Assembly: GCA_963728915.1 (NCBI GenBank)
Contig: CAVSLV010000002.1
Coordinates: 160,001-224,000, forward strand
Source: an uncultured Gemmatimonadales bacterium
GTDB taxonomy: Bacteria > Gemmatimonadota > Gemmatimonadetes > Gemmatimonadales > GWC2-71-9
Length of the DNA stretch: 64,000 nt
Direction of reading: 5' to 3'
The notes under the pieces are model-generated. The model searched no databases. It was not told the origin of the DNA and saw only the letters and a program-made list of their open reading frames with translations. Of this stretch, positions 7,979-16,155 are shown in pieces (positions within the stretch are counted from its first letter, which is position 1; the number at the start of each line of letters is the position of its first letter). The position numbers and the translations under genes were made by a program.

Positions 7979-9087
7979 TTTAGAGTCAACTTTGAACTGC
8001 AATGTTCGCCGCGGTAGCGGGTCTTTCGTCGTGGTTCAACGTTCATAGCATTCCTCCGGAGTGCGGTAGCCGAGCCGCTTGCGCGGGCGCTGGTTGAGCT
8101 TCCGAGCGATGACGGCGCAGTCCGACTGGCTGAGGTGGGCCATGCTGTGGGCTTTGGGCAGGTATTGCCGGAGCAAGCCGTTGGTGTTCTCGTTGGTGCC
8201 CCGTTCCCATGCATGGTGTGGCGTCGCAAAGTAGAAGCGGGCGGTGGTCGCTCGCTCGATCGCCGGGTAGCTGTGGAACTCGGTCCCGTTGTCCGCGGTG
8301 ATGGTATGCACCGGGTGGCGTTGCGCCCGAATCAGCTCAATCGCTCGGGCATTCAGCGCCGCCGTGGTCCGCTGCCGGAGGTGGCCTACCACGACATAAC
8401 CCGTCTTCCGTTCCACCAGACTCAGCACACAGGCGCCCGCCTGGCCCGCGCCGAGCAGGGTGTCGATCTCCCAATCCCCGATGCGACCGCGAGACGTCAC
8501 GATGGCTGGCCGGCTGGTAATCGGACGCTTCCCTCCCAGGCGGCCGCGCCGATCGTAGTAGCCATACCGCTTCCGGAAGCGCTTGGTGACTTGCCGGAGT
8601 TGGGTATGCAAGGTGCCGCCCGCTCGCTTGTCGGCCCAGAGATACCGATAGATCGTCTCATGGCTGATCCGAAGCCGGCCCTCGCGGCGGAGCCGTCCGG
8701 CGATCTGCTCCGGACTCCACTGCCGCTCGAGGCACTGGCGCACGAGATGCCAGGCGGCGGCGGTAAAGCGGCAGTTGCGTCGAGAGTGCGACCGGCGGCT
8801 CATCGCATACCAGTGGGCCAGCTGGGCACGGTAGTTCCCATCGTGTCGCGTGGCGTTGCGGCGTCGCTCCCGCCAAATGGTGCTCCGGTGCCGACCCAGG
8901 ACCCGACCGATCGTCCCATCCGAGCGGCCGAGCCAGGGCAGACAGGCGAGAGTATATCTTTCGTCGGCGGTGATCTGTCGATACATGGGAGGCCTCGTTC
9001 TCTTGGAGGAGAACCGAAGTCTACCGGCTCGGCAGGTCACCGTTCGTTCTGGAGCTCCAGGTGTTGCACTTAGTTTATGAATCCGCG
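7979..9087 (-). mobile_element. IS30-family element
   Basis: Imperfect terminal IRs AGAGTCAACTTTGAACTGCAA / TTGCACTTAGTTTATGAATCC around an IS30 transposase; ends approximate. Confidence 0.85.
8036..8986 (-). CDS. IS30-family DDE transposase
   Basis: Motifs LGRHRSTIWRE, WSPEQIAG, ISHETIY, GDWEIDT, TITADNGTEF, ERGTNENTNGLLRQY and RPRKRLGY. Confidence 0.95.
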   Translation of the reverse strand: MYRQITADERYTLACLPWLGRSDGTIGRVLGRHRSTIWRERRRNATRHDGNYRAQLAHWYAMSRRSHSRRNCRFTAAAWHLVRQCLERQWSPEQIAGRLRREGRLRISHETIYRYLWADKRAGGTLHTQLRQVTKRFRKRYGYYDRRGRLGGKRPITSRPAIVTSRGRIGDWEIDTLLGAGQAGACVLSLVERKTGYVVVGHLRQRTTAALNARAIELIRAQRHPVHTITADNGTEFHSYPAIERATTARFYFATPHHAWERGTNENTNGLLRQYLPKAHSMAHLSQSDCAVIARKLNQRPRKRLGYRTPEECYER

Positions 9088-9097
9088 TACTTCCATC

Positions 9098-9126
9098 TTG
9101 CCAATTGTATGTGATCAACATATACT
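9098..9126 (+). promoter_or_regulatory. Promoter TTGCCA-17-TATACT of the BrnT/BrnA cassette
   Basis: Near-consensus hexamers with 17-bp spacing; 6 nt to ATG 9133. Confidence 0.75.
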
Positions 9127-9132
9127 TGAACC

Positions 9133-9441
9133 ATGCTCGACCTCGCGGCACTCCTCGCTGACGTCGAAGGGTTCGAGTGGGACGAGGGCAACACCGCGAA
9201 GAACGTGCTCGGCCACGGAACGAGCCAGGCGGAGGCGGAGGAAATGTTCTTTGTTGCTCCGATTGTGCTCCTTGAGGACGCCAAGCATTCGTTGGCCGAG
9301 CGCCGATATCTCATCTTTGGCCCGACGAGTGCGGGACGCCTGCTTGCTGCCGCATTTACGCTTCGGGACCAGCGCATCCGCGTCATTTCTTGTCGAGACA
9401 TGAGCCGTCAGGAGCGCCGTCGTTATGCCCAAGCCGACTAA
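9133..9441 (+). CDS. brnT: BrnT-family toxin
   Basis: Motifs FEWDEGN...HG and HS..ERRY...FTLR...IRVISCRDM. Confidence 0.9.
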   Translation: MLDLAALLADVEGFEWDEGNTAKNVLGHGTSQAEAEEMFFVAPIVLLEDAKHSLAERRYLIFGPTSAGRLLAAAFTLRDQRIRVISCRDMSRQERRRYAQAD

Positions 9442-9787
9442 GCCACTCAAGCCGATTCCCAAGTTCCGCTCGCACGAGGAAGCCGGCGAGTTCTGGATGA
9501 CCCACGACACAACCGAGTATCTCGATTGGTCCACGGCGCAGCGCGTCCGGTTTGTGAACCTCCGGCCGTCTACGGCGACGATCTCGTTGCGATTGCCCCA
9601 AATGCTATTGGACGAACTCCGGATTCTCGCCAACCAGCGCGATGTTCCGTACCAAAGCCTGCTCAAGGTGTACCTGGCTGAGCGGATTGCTGCAGAGCGC
9701 GAACAACAGGCAATGTCGCGGCCTAACAAGCGTTTGCAGCCGCCGAAGGCTCGGCGCGGGCGGTCTCGAAAGGCCACGACCAAATGA
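9425..9787 (+). CDS. brnA: BrnA/CopG-like antitoxin (reads into attC)
   Basis: Motifs IPKF.S.EEA.EFW.THD and ISLRLP...VPYQSL. Confidence 0.88.
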   Translation: MPKPTKPLKPIPKFRSHEEAGEFWMTHDTTEYLDWSTAQRVRFVNLRPSTATISLRLPQMLLDELRILANQRDVPYQSLLKVYLAERIAAEREQQAMSRPNKRLQPPKARRGRSRKATTK

Positions 9788-9820
9788 CGCCGCGCCTTCG
9801 CGGCTCAAGCGCAGGGCGTT
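9721..9820 (+). repeat. attC: attC site interrupted at R' by IS element B2 (core restored at 11265-11271)
   Basis: GCCTAACAAGCGTTTGCAGC...GCTCAAGCGCAGGGCGTT. Confidence 0.9.
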
Positions 9821-10205
9821 CTATGAGAGCGATTGTCAAGGACACACTCGTTCCTCGCTGATGGCGAGGAGGTTTTCTTCCTGGCAATCAGCCCCGATCG
9901 TTTGCCGGTCGCAGCGGATGGGCGCTTGCGGGCCTGCCGGTCAGTCCGGTTCGGCATGCATCACCTCGCTTTTCCTCCCGATCCACACCAGACATCTCAA
10001 GCGTTGGGATCCCGGGACAGCAGACCATGGTTCTATCAGAGACTCGGCCTGGGGCCGGCCTGCGGCTTCTTCGGGTCTTGCGAGGGGGCCTACAGTTAGG
10101 CGAGTGCCTCGGCGACTGAAGCCGGGCCGACGACCTGCTTGAGACTGTCCCCCGCAACCGTGCCCGCGATCGGGAGGCGCCGGCGAGGGGATCCGCCCCC
10201 GCGCC
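9821..10205 (-). ncRNA. Putative bridge/seek RNA of IS element B2
   Basis: Homologous to the B1 non-coding end; guide-like GCAGGTCGT and CGCCTAAC. Confidence 0.65.
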
Positions 10206-10209
10206 CCCC

Positions 10210-11185
10210 GAGTGACCCGCGCCAGTTCCTCCCGCATCCCCCGAGCGACCATCGCCCGGTAGAACTCCTGGAGCGGGCCCGGCCGCGCCGTCGCCGCGGT
10301 CGCCGCCCCCTTGAACACGTCCTTCACCACGCGATTGTGATTGGGATTGAGCCCGCGGGTCAGCGGCGCCCGCCGGCGCCGCACCGGCCGCCCGTGCCGC
10401 AGCTCGTGCTCGGCGCTCGAGTGGGTCACCACCGCTAACCCGGCATACGCCCAGAGGTGCCGCTTGGTCCGAAACCGCCACGGCGTCTGCAGCGTGGCCA
10501 GCAGCAGCGCCACCCGGACCGGCCCCAGGAAGGGAATCGTCCGCAGCACCGCCCACGCCGGATCGCGCCGGGCTTCCGCGAGCATCGCCGCCTTGGCCTT
10601 CGGCCGCAGCGCCAGCAGGAGATCGAGCTCGCTATATAAGGTCTCGGCCCGGAAGCGGACGCCCCGATCCGCCAGCTGCGCCAACCAGCCCGCGCGGTGG
10701 GCCGCCTGGTAAACCTTGGTGCCGGGGGTCGGGATCGCCCGGGCGCGAAAGAGCGCCTTGAGCCGGAGCATCACCCGGGTCGTGTCTTCGACCAGGTTGC
10801 GATAGGCTCGGGTCAGCTCCTGGAGGGTGGCGCGGTGCGCGCTCCCGTGATAGACGGCGCGCAGGTCGCCCCGCCACAGCCGGGCCGAGAGCTGATCGGC
10901 ATCGACCCGATCGCCCTTGTTCCCCCGGCGTTTTTCCCCGTGGCGGTCGCAGACCACCACCCGCTGGACGAGGGGCACCAGCAGATCGTGAAGCCACTGG
11001 GCCTGGGTGCCTTCTTCGAATGCCACGTGAATCGCGCCGCGCATGCCGCGGAAGAACTCCGTCACCGCCCGGGCTTCCGTGGGCAGGATCGTCCGCGCGA
11101 TCACCTGGCCGGTCTCGGTGCGGACGGAGGCCAGGGTAGTTGCCTGATGGACATCGAGGGCCGCATACTTGGTAGCGCGTGTCAT
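10210..11185 (-). pseudogene. IS110 transposase lacking its last ~30 codons
   Basis: Follows B1 up to ARVT, then jumps into the non-coding end; ORF continues as unrelated sequence to 9941. Confidence 0.8.
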
Positions 11186-11310
11186 GAGAGCCGCTCCTTG
11201 GGGCTGGGGTCCATGGGTCTGGGGAGATTCCATGGTAGCCCCAAGGGGCGTGCTCTCAACATGCGTTAGGCGCGCAGAGAACAAGCATGGAGGCCAGATG
11301 AAGGAGCGCC

Positions 11311-11703
11311 GTGGCTGAGTCTACGCAAGTGAGTCGCTGGCTGATCATCGGAGCGGGCATCGTCCTCGTCGCCACGGCGGCCTTGCACACTGCTGGCTAC
11401 CCCTCGGTCTCGAGCACCATGCTGGCGAGTGGTCTGAATGCTGACCTGGTTGCAGCGCTGAGAGCGCTTTGGCTCATGTTCTCGGCTCAGCTCGTCGTGC
11501 TTGCAATCGTGGTCATCTTGGCCCGCAGTGTGCCCGGAGGCAAACGGATTGTTCTGGCATGCGCGCTCATCCCCGCAGTTGACGCCGCCCTGCTCCTTCG
11601 ATTCGTCGGCGTGTTTGCGGGCACACTCGGTCTTGCCATGGCAACAGTTCTCTTGGTTCTAGGTGGCCTGCTTTGGCAGGAGAGTTCACGTGATGGCGCC
11701 TAA
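11311..11703 (+). CDS. Four-helix membrane protein, cassette gene
   Basis: AAGGAG SD, hydrophobic helices, stop inside GCCTAAC. Confidence 0.75.
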   Translation: MAESTQVSRWLIIGAGIVLVATAALHTAGYPSVSSTMLASGLNADLVAALRALWLMFSAQLVVLAIVVILARSVPGGKRIVLACALIPAVDAALLLRFVGVFAGTLGLAMATVLLVLGGLLWQESSRDGA

Positions 11704-11715
11704 CCAGCGCTTGCC
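11698..11715 (+). repeat. attC: Truncated attC (R''-L'' half only)
   Basis: GCCTAACCAGCGCTTGC, identical to the truncated site at 2920. Confidence 0.7.
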
Positions 11716-11744
11716 GTGATGCGTGTGCTCGTGTCGCTACTGAC

Positions 11745-11871
11745 GCCTAACAACCGCATGAAGTTGGCCGGGCGTGGTTATCGGTTGTGAAAGGGGTGGC
11801 ATCACCAATCGGCGTCCCCCATACTGCTGTGAAGCGCGCCGCGGCCCTGCAACTCATGCGGGGCGTTATGT
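11745..11871 (+). repeat. attC: attC site of a different sequence family
   Basis: GCCTAAC-AACCGCATGAAGTTG...CAACTCATGCGGGGC-GTTATGT. Confidence 0.85.
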
Positions 11872-12146
11872 GGCCTGCATGCGGATTGTGGCGGTGCAGA
11901 CAAGCCTCTGTGGTAACGATTCATAACGCGCGCGCGGAGAGCACATCTGATTATGACATCTTATAGCGCCGCGCTCTCCCCCGGACACCGCCTATTCTTG
12001 CAGACCTCTAGAGGCCAAGCTAGCTTTTCGCCGCGTGCGTCGCGGTGAGGTATGGTCTCAAGTTAGTACCCGGACAAATTAGGACCTTGAAGAGATTCGA
12101 CGCATAACCTGGCAACTAGAGGCATTCCTCCCCCCCATCCTCGAGC

Positions 12147-12602
12147 ATGTCAGAACGATTTCAACGCAGTTCGTATCTGGCTCCGTCAACCTTACTTATG
12201 ACCGCGGTTGTCGGGGCTTTGTTGGCCGGGTGTACTGTTCCGCCTACCGGACCCGACTCCGTGAAGGTCTCGGGAGGAGCTTCCGTCGCGACCAGGGACT
12301 TATCAAGGGCGGTAACAAGCATTCAGGTCTTACTCGATGGCAAGGTCGTCGATTCTACTAGCGGGCCTCCAACGACCAACCTTTTAGGTTCATTCCGGCT
12401 TCAAGCCTTGACCGTTGGGCCGCACAAGATGCAGCTCAAGTTGGTTAGTCAGAACCGAGACACTGTCACCTATAAGGTTACAGGAAGCATTACCATGCAT
12501 AGAGGTGCCTCCGGACTTGACATATGGACTTACCAATGGCCCTACATGACCTTGACCCTCCAGGCCGGGGCCATAGTAGACTTCAAATTCACAGTGCAGT
12601 AA
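12147..12602 (+). CDS. Hypothetical lipoprotein, lower-GC cassette gene
   Basis: Lipobox LLAGC; region visibly richer in A/T than its flanks; start may be 12198. Confidence 0.65.
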   Translation: MSERFQRSSYLAPSTLLMTAVVGALLAGCTVPPTGPDSVKVSGGASVATRDLSRAVTSIQVLLDGKVVDSTSGPPTTNLLGSFRLQALTVGPHKMQLKLVSQNRDTVTYKVTGSITMHRGASGLDIWTYQWPYMTLTLQAGAIVDFKFTVQ

Positions 12603-12700
12603 CTGTGTTGGGGGGGCCACATTGCCGAGTGTCGGAGGTTACAGGTCAGACGGGTGTACAGCCCAGATCGCCTGTCCTAACAGAACCAGACTCAAGAGCC

Positions 12701-12784
12701 GCATAACCCGCGCTTGGAGCAGCCCGGGGCAGAAGCGTGTCGCAGCGCCGCACGCCCCGGCAACTCAAGCGCAGGGCGTTAGAT
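12701..12784 (+). repeat. attC: Last attC of the array (84 bp, internally shortened)
   Basis: GCATAAC-CCGCGCTTGGAGC...ACTCAAGCGCAGGGC-GTTAGAT. Confidence 0.9.
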
Positions 12785-12958
12785 GGACACGAGCATCACG
12801 CTTAATCGAGGCTTAATCCGCGCCTCACCGGCGAGTCATTCAGTCGTGCTACTATCACTGCGCCTACACGTGCCGATTCACACTCGTCGGTGCCCATGGA
12901 GGATCTAATGATCCATGCTCGCATTTGGCCGGCACCTAGTGTCCGCGCGCCCTCGGAG

Positions 12959-14074
12959 TCACGGTTGCCTCACCAGCTCCGGATAGGACGGCGATGTGAG
13001 CGCGCCCTGGGCGCTCACTGGGTTCCGCAGCCACGCGTCGAAGAAACTCCCCACCGCGTACGCCGACACCTCGACCTGCCGGCGGCCGCGCATGCCGAGG
13101 ATGCCCATGACGCGCATGATGCCCCGCAGTACACCGCTCTTCAGCAGCGCCCCATCCTCACTGAACGTGAAATGGTTCGCCCCCTTGATCATCACCTTCA
13201 TCCGGCTCTCGGCGGGTTGCCGCTCGTAGGCCCGCTGGATTTGTCCCATGATCTGCCGGCTCACCGAATCCTGCGCCGCGCCATGATCCGACAGCAGCCA
13301 GAGAAAGGGCACCGTCACCGTGGTCTGGTCGAGGCTCCCGAAGAGCCGGCCGTCCATGTTCACGCCGGCCTTGCACCGCGGGTCGGCGCCACAGAAGGAA
13401 AACGCCTGGGCTCCGCCAAAGGAGTGCCCGAACACGCCGAGGGTCTTCAGGTCGAGGTGCCCCGCGAGGATTGGATCGGTCGTTGCGAGGTCCGATAGAC
13501 GGTCGAGGGCGGATCCCATGGCCGTGATGGCGCTCCCGATCAGCTCCGCGGCGCAACCGTCCTCGTCGGCGCGCCCCACGCAAGACTCTGGATTCCCGCC
13601 GTTACCACCTTCGACGGCGACCACGACGTAGCCCCGGCTGGCCAGCTCTTCGAAATGCGCGGTGAAGCCGAGCGCACCCCCGCCGCCGCCGCCGCGAAAC
13701 AGAAGCACCGGGTGCGGCACCGAGTCGGCGGCGAAGGGCGCGTCGAACACGCCATGCGCCCGCACCGAGGCGAGCTTGCGGGTGAGCAGGTTGATGACCG
13801 CGGGACGGTCATGCGTCCAGCGCGCGGCAATGCTGTCCGGCAGATAGGGCGCGATGCGTTCGTGGTGCCGCGCGGGATACCAGATCCACGCCATCAGACC
13901 GGCGCCGAGCGCGCGGGAGGTCCGGCCGACAGGCGACGGGCCGGTGGGGCGCGGGAGCTCGATGGGGATCGAGTGCTCCACCCAGATGCCGGCGACCGTC
14001 AGCACCGCGAGTGCGATACCGCCAACCACGATCCGCTTGAGCCAGCGCAATCCCGCCCCACCCGGTGACGTCAC
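12959..14074 (-). CDS. Alpha/beta hydrolase (PAF-acetylhydrolase-like)
   Basis: Motifs LPRPTGP..VG, IWYPA, GHSFGG, NMDG and GANHFTFSE; GTG overlaps the upstream stop. Confidence 0.85.
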   Translation of the reverse strand: MTSPGGAGLRWLKRIVVGGIALAVLTVAGIWVEHSIPIELPRPTGPSPVGRTSRALGAGLMAWIWYPARHHERIAPYLPDSIAARWTHDRPAVINLLTRKLASVRAHGVFDAPFAADSVPHPVLLFRGGGGGGALGFTAHFEELASRGYVVVAVEGGNGGNPESCVGRADEDGCAAELIGSAITAMGSALDRLSDLATTDPILAGHLDLKTLGVFGHSFGGAQAFSFCGADPRCKAGVNMDGRLFGSLDQTTVTVPFLWLLSDHGAAQDSVSRQIMGQIQRAYERQPAESRMKVMIKGANHFTFSEDGALLKSGVLRGIMRVMGILGMRGRRQVEVSAYAVGSFFDAWLRNPVSAQGALTSPSYPELVRQP

Positions 14075-14553
14075 CAGTGGAGCCACCAGACGGGAAATAC
14101 CGCCGCTCCTATCGCCCCCACATGAATCGCCGATACGGCCAGCGCTCGGCGACCTCTCTCGGGAACCCAGCGCACCATGAACCAGGCCACGAAGGGGAGC
14201 TGCCCCGCCATGAGGAGTTGCCAGAGGTGCGCGGCAGTGCCCTCGTCGGCCTGCGGCGCGACGCCCGATCTGAGGATGTGCACCCCGATCGCCGTGAGCG
14301 CGCCGAGTGACATGAGAACCGGGGCGAATCCGCTCGGGTTCCAGAGCAAGCTGCGTGCTGCGTCCGCAGGCGGCTCTGCCGGCGCGCGCTGCCGCACCCG
14401 AACGGCCAGCGCGCCACGGGCAAGGTTTGCGGCCACGGGCCAGGTCGCGCCGGAGTCCTCGACCAGCGCCTCCAGTTCGTTGCCGTACCGGCGCCACCAC
14501 CAGCGCGGGTAGAGCCGGTATACCGCGCGCAGAATCCGGTTCATGCTCTTCAT
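14071..14553 (-). CDS. Membrane protein associated with PadR
   Basis: Motifs LYPRWW.RRYG.EL and DEGTAAHLWQLL; coupled to padR. Confidence 0.75.
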   Translation of the reverse strand: MKSMNRILRAVYRLYPRWWWRRYGNELEALVEDSGATWPVAANLARGALAVRVRQRAPAEPPADAARSLLWNPSGFAPVLMSLGALTAIGVHILRSGVAPQADEGTAAHLWQLLMAGQLPFVAWFMVRWVPERGRRALAVSAIHVGAIGAAVFPVWWLHW

Positions 14554-14837
14554 GCGTTCCGCAATCGCCGCGCGCCCACGCGAATGATTGGCGCAAGGGC
14601 GGCGATCTGCACCGCGAGGTGCTTCCGCCCACGGGCGGTGATGCGGTACGGCTGGCGCCGCGCGGTCGGGCTGGTTGGCTCGATCAGACCGTCCTTCTCG
14701 AGCCGGCTGATCGCGCCATACAGGGTTCCCGGGCCGAGCGAGACCTCGGCGAATTCCGCGATGTCGGTCATCATCGCGTAGCCATGCTTCGCGCCGTCGG
14801 CGAGAGAAGAGAGGATGAGCAGGGTAGGATCGGCCAT
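14550..14837 (-). CDS. PadR-family transcriptional regulator
   Basis: Motif KHGYAM...GPGTLYGAISRLEKDGLI...YRIT. Confidence 0.9.
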   Translation of the reverse strand: MADPTLLILSSLADGAKHGYAMMTDIAEFAEVSLGPGTLYGAISRLEKDGLIEPTSPTARRQPYRITARGRKHLAVQIAALAPIIRVGARRLRNA

Positions 14838-14839
14838 AT

Positions 14840-14880
14840 TACGTGGCACGTAGTATCGGGTGGCGTCCTGATCCTGTCAA
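14840..14880 (-). promoter_or_regulatory. Promoter TTGACA-17-GATACT with downstream palindrome TACGTG-G-CACGTA
   Basis: Consensus -35, 17-bp spacing, inverted repeat just before the padR start. Confidence 0.6.
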
Positions 14881-15051
14881 GGCGACCGTCCCCGGCCCCC
14901 CGGCAGGGCGGTACTGATGGACTGCTCTGGGCGGACCGAAGCACCATCGACTTTCAGCCGTGAGGAGCGATCGCCCACTCGCTGGTGGTTTGCCACGAGG
15001 GATCGAGGTCGGAACGAATGACCCAGGCGGCCGACCGCCAGATCGACGACT

Positions 15052-15567
15052 TCATCCCTGTCCCGAACTCGCGCCCAGGGTGACGAGCAGCTCGTCCAGT
15101 TGCTCGAACGTCTCTCCCATCGCATCCGCCGCCCCGGTGCCGGCGGCGTCGAGAGCTTCCTTCGAGGGATACAGCTCGTGCATGACCAGCAACGTCTTGC
15201 CGCCTCGTTCCGCGAAGGTCACCGTCGTGACGGGACCCTCGTCACTTTCCTCATTGGTCCAGACGAGGCGCGAGTGCGGTGTTACCTCCCTGTACGTGCC
15301 GAAGAACGCCGCCTGTGAGTCCCCGTGTGCGAACTCCAAACGATAGCTGCCCCCGACACGAACATCCATTTCGCAGGAGAGCAGGGACATTCCCATCGAC
15401 TTCGGCACCCACCATTGCCTGAACAGCTCGGGCCTGGTCCACGCCTCGAACACGAGGCGCGCCGGGCCGTTGAACGTTCGCGTGACGACCAGCTCACGCT
15501 CGGACTTCCGCTCCACCGTCGTACGGTTCTTCATGGGGGCAACCTCACGCTCTCTTCTTGCGTCCAT
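15052..15567 (-). CDS. SRPBCC/AHSA1-like protein
   Basis: Motif ELVVTRTFNGPARLVFEAWT.PE...WW. Confidence 0.88.
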   Translation of the reverse strand: MDARREREVAPMKNRTTVERKSERELVVTRTFNGPARLVFEAWTRPELFRQWWVPKSMGMSLLSCEMDVRVGGSYRLEFAHGDSQAAFFGTYREVTPHSRLVWTNEESDEGPVTTVTFAERGGKTLLVMHELYPSKEALDAAGTGAADAMGETFEQLDELLVTLGASSGQG

Positions 15568-15910
15568 CGACCTTCTCCTTCCGTTTCAATTCCGCGACAA
15601 CGTTGTCCAGCTCGTCGAAGCGTGCCTCCCAGAGCTGGCGGTATCGCTCGATCCATGCAGCTTCCTCCTCCAGTCGGCGCGGGCCGTGCCTGCAGGTCCG
15701 CACCCGCCCGACCTTCTCCGTGGTGACCAGCCCCGCCTGTTCCAGGACGCCGACATGCTTCCTCATGCCCGTGAGGGTCATGCGGAACTTCCCGGCGAGG
15801 TCCGTGATCGAAGCGTCGGAACGTCCGAGCTGCTCCAGAACCCCGCGTCGGGTGGCATCCGAGAGCGCGGCGAACGAGGCATCGAGGCGGGCGCGAGCAT
15901 ACTGAACCAT
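15545..15910 (-). CDS. ArsR/SmtB-family regulator
   Basis: Motif FAALSDATRRGVL...KHVGVLEQAGLV..EKVGRVR. Confidence 0.9.
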   Translation of the reverse strand: MVQYARARLDASFAALSDATRRGVLEQLGRSDASITDLAGKFRMTLTGMRKHVGVLEQAGLVTTEKVGRVRTCRHGPRRLEEEAAWIERYRQLWEARFDELDNVVAELKRKEKVDGRKKRA

Positions 15911-15946
15911 GTGGTTCAGTATAATACGCGGATCGGCGGCATGCAA
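15899..15946 (-). promoter_or_regulatory. ArsR promoter TTGCAT-17-TATACT with perfect operator ATACTGAACCA-TG-TGGTTCAGTAT
   Basis: 11-bp perfect inverted repeat (15899-15922) covers the -10 and the start codon. Confidence 0.8.
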
Positions 15947-16155
15947 GGGAGGCGTTCGACCGCGGCTCGAGCGCATCGGTTTCGGGAACAAGCCTGGCAT
16001 GGGATGTGGGCCTGAGGTCGAGGCCTACGTCACCATGAGGCGAGGATAAACCGATGGGGACTTCCTCCCGGACATATGAACAAGCGGGTTGGTGGCGGCC
16101 TGGGCATTTGCACCATTACCCAGGCCCATTCCTCATTTCGGACCCAGGTGGAGGC

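Larger units (their letters stand above)
9821..11267 (-). mobile_element. IS110/IS1111-type element B2 (diverged relative of B1, ~100 bp shorter)
   Basis: Same termini as B1: CTATGAGAGCGATTGTCAAGGACAC...GGCGTGCTCTCAACATGCGTT. Confidence 0.92.
369..12784 (+). mobile_element. Integron gene-cassette array (distal end; no intI in window)
   Basis: Repeated attC sites (RYYTAAC...GTTRRRY) separate one- or two-gene units. Cassette ends are complementary, e.g. GTTAGGCAGCTAC/GTAGCTGCCTAAC, GTTATGCCGC/GCGGCATAAC, GTTAGATAGCC/GGCTATCTAAC. Confidence 0.93.

Noticed and set aside
9941..11284. 447-aa extended IS110 transposase
   Set aside because: The N-terminal extension crosses the IS end and the C-terminal extension is read-through after a deletion
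746..12784. Repeats as a CRISPR array or REP elements
   Set aside because: Units are 84-127 bp imperfect palindromes with RYYTAAC/GTTRRRY ends separated by whole genes; no cas genes are present
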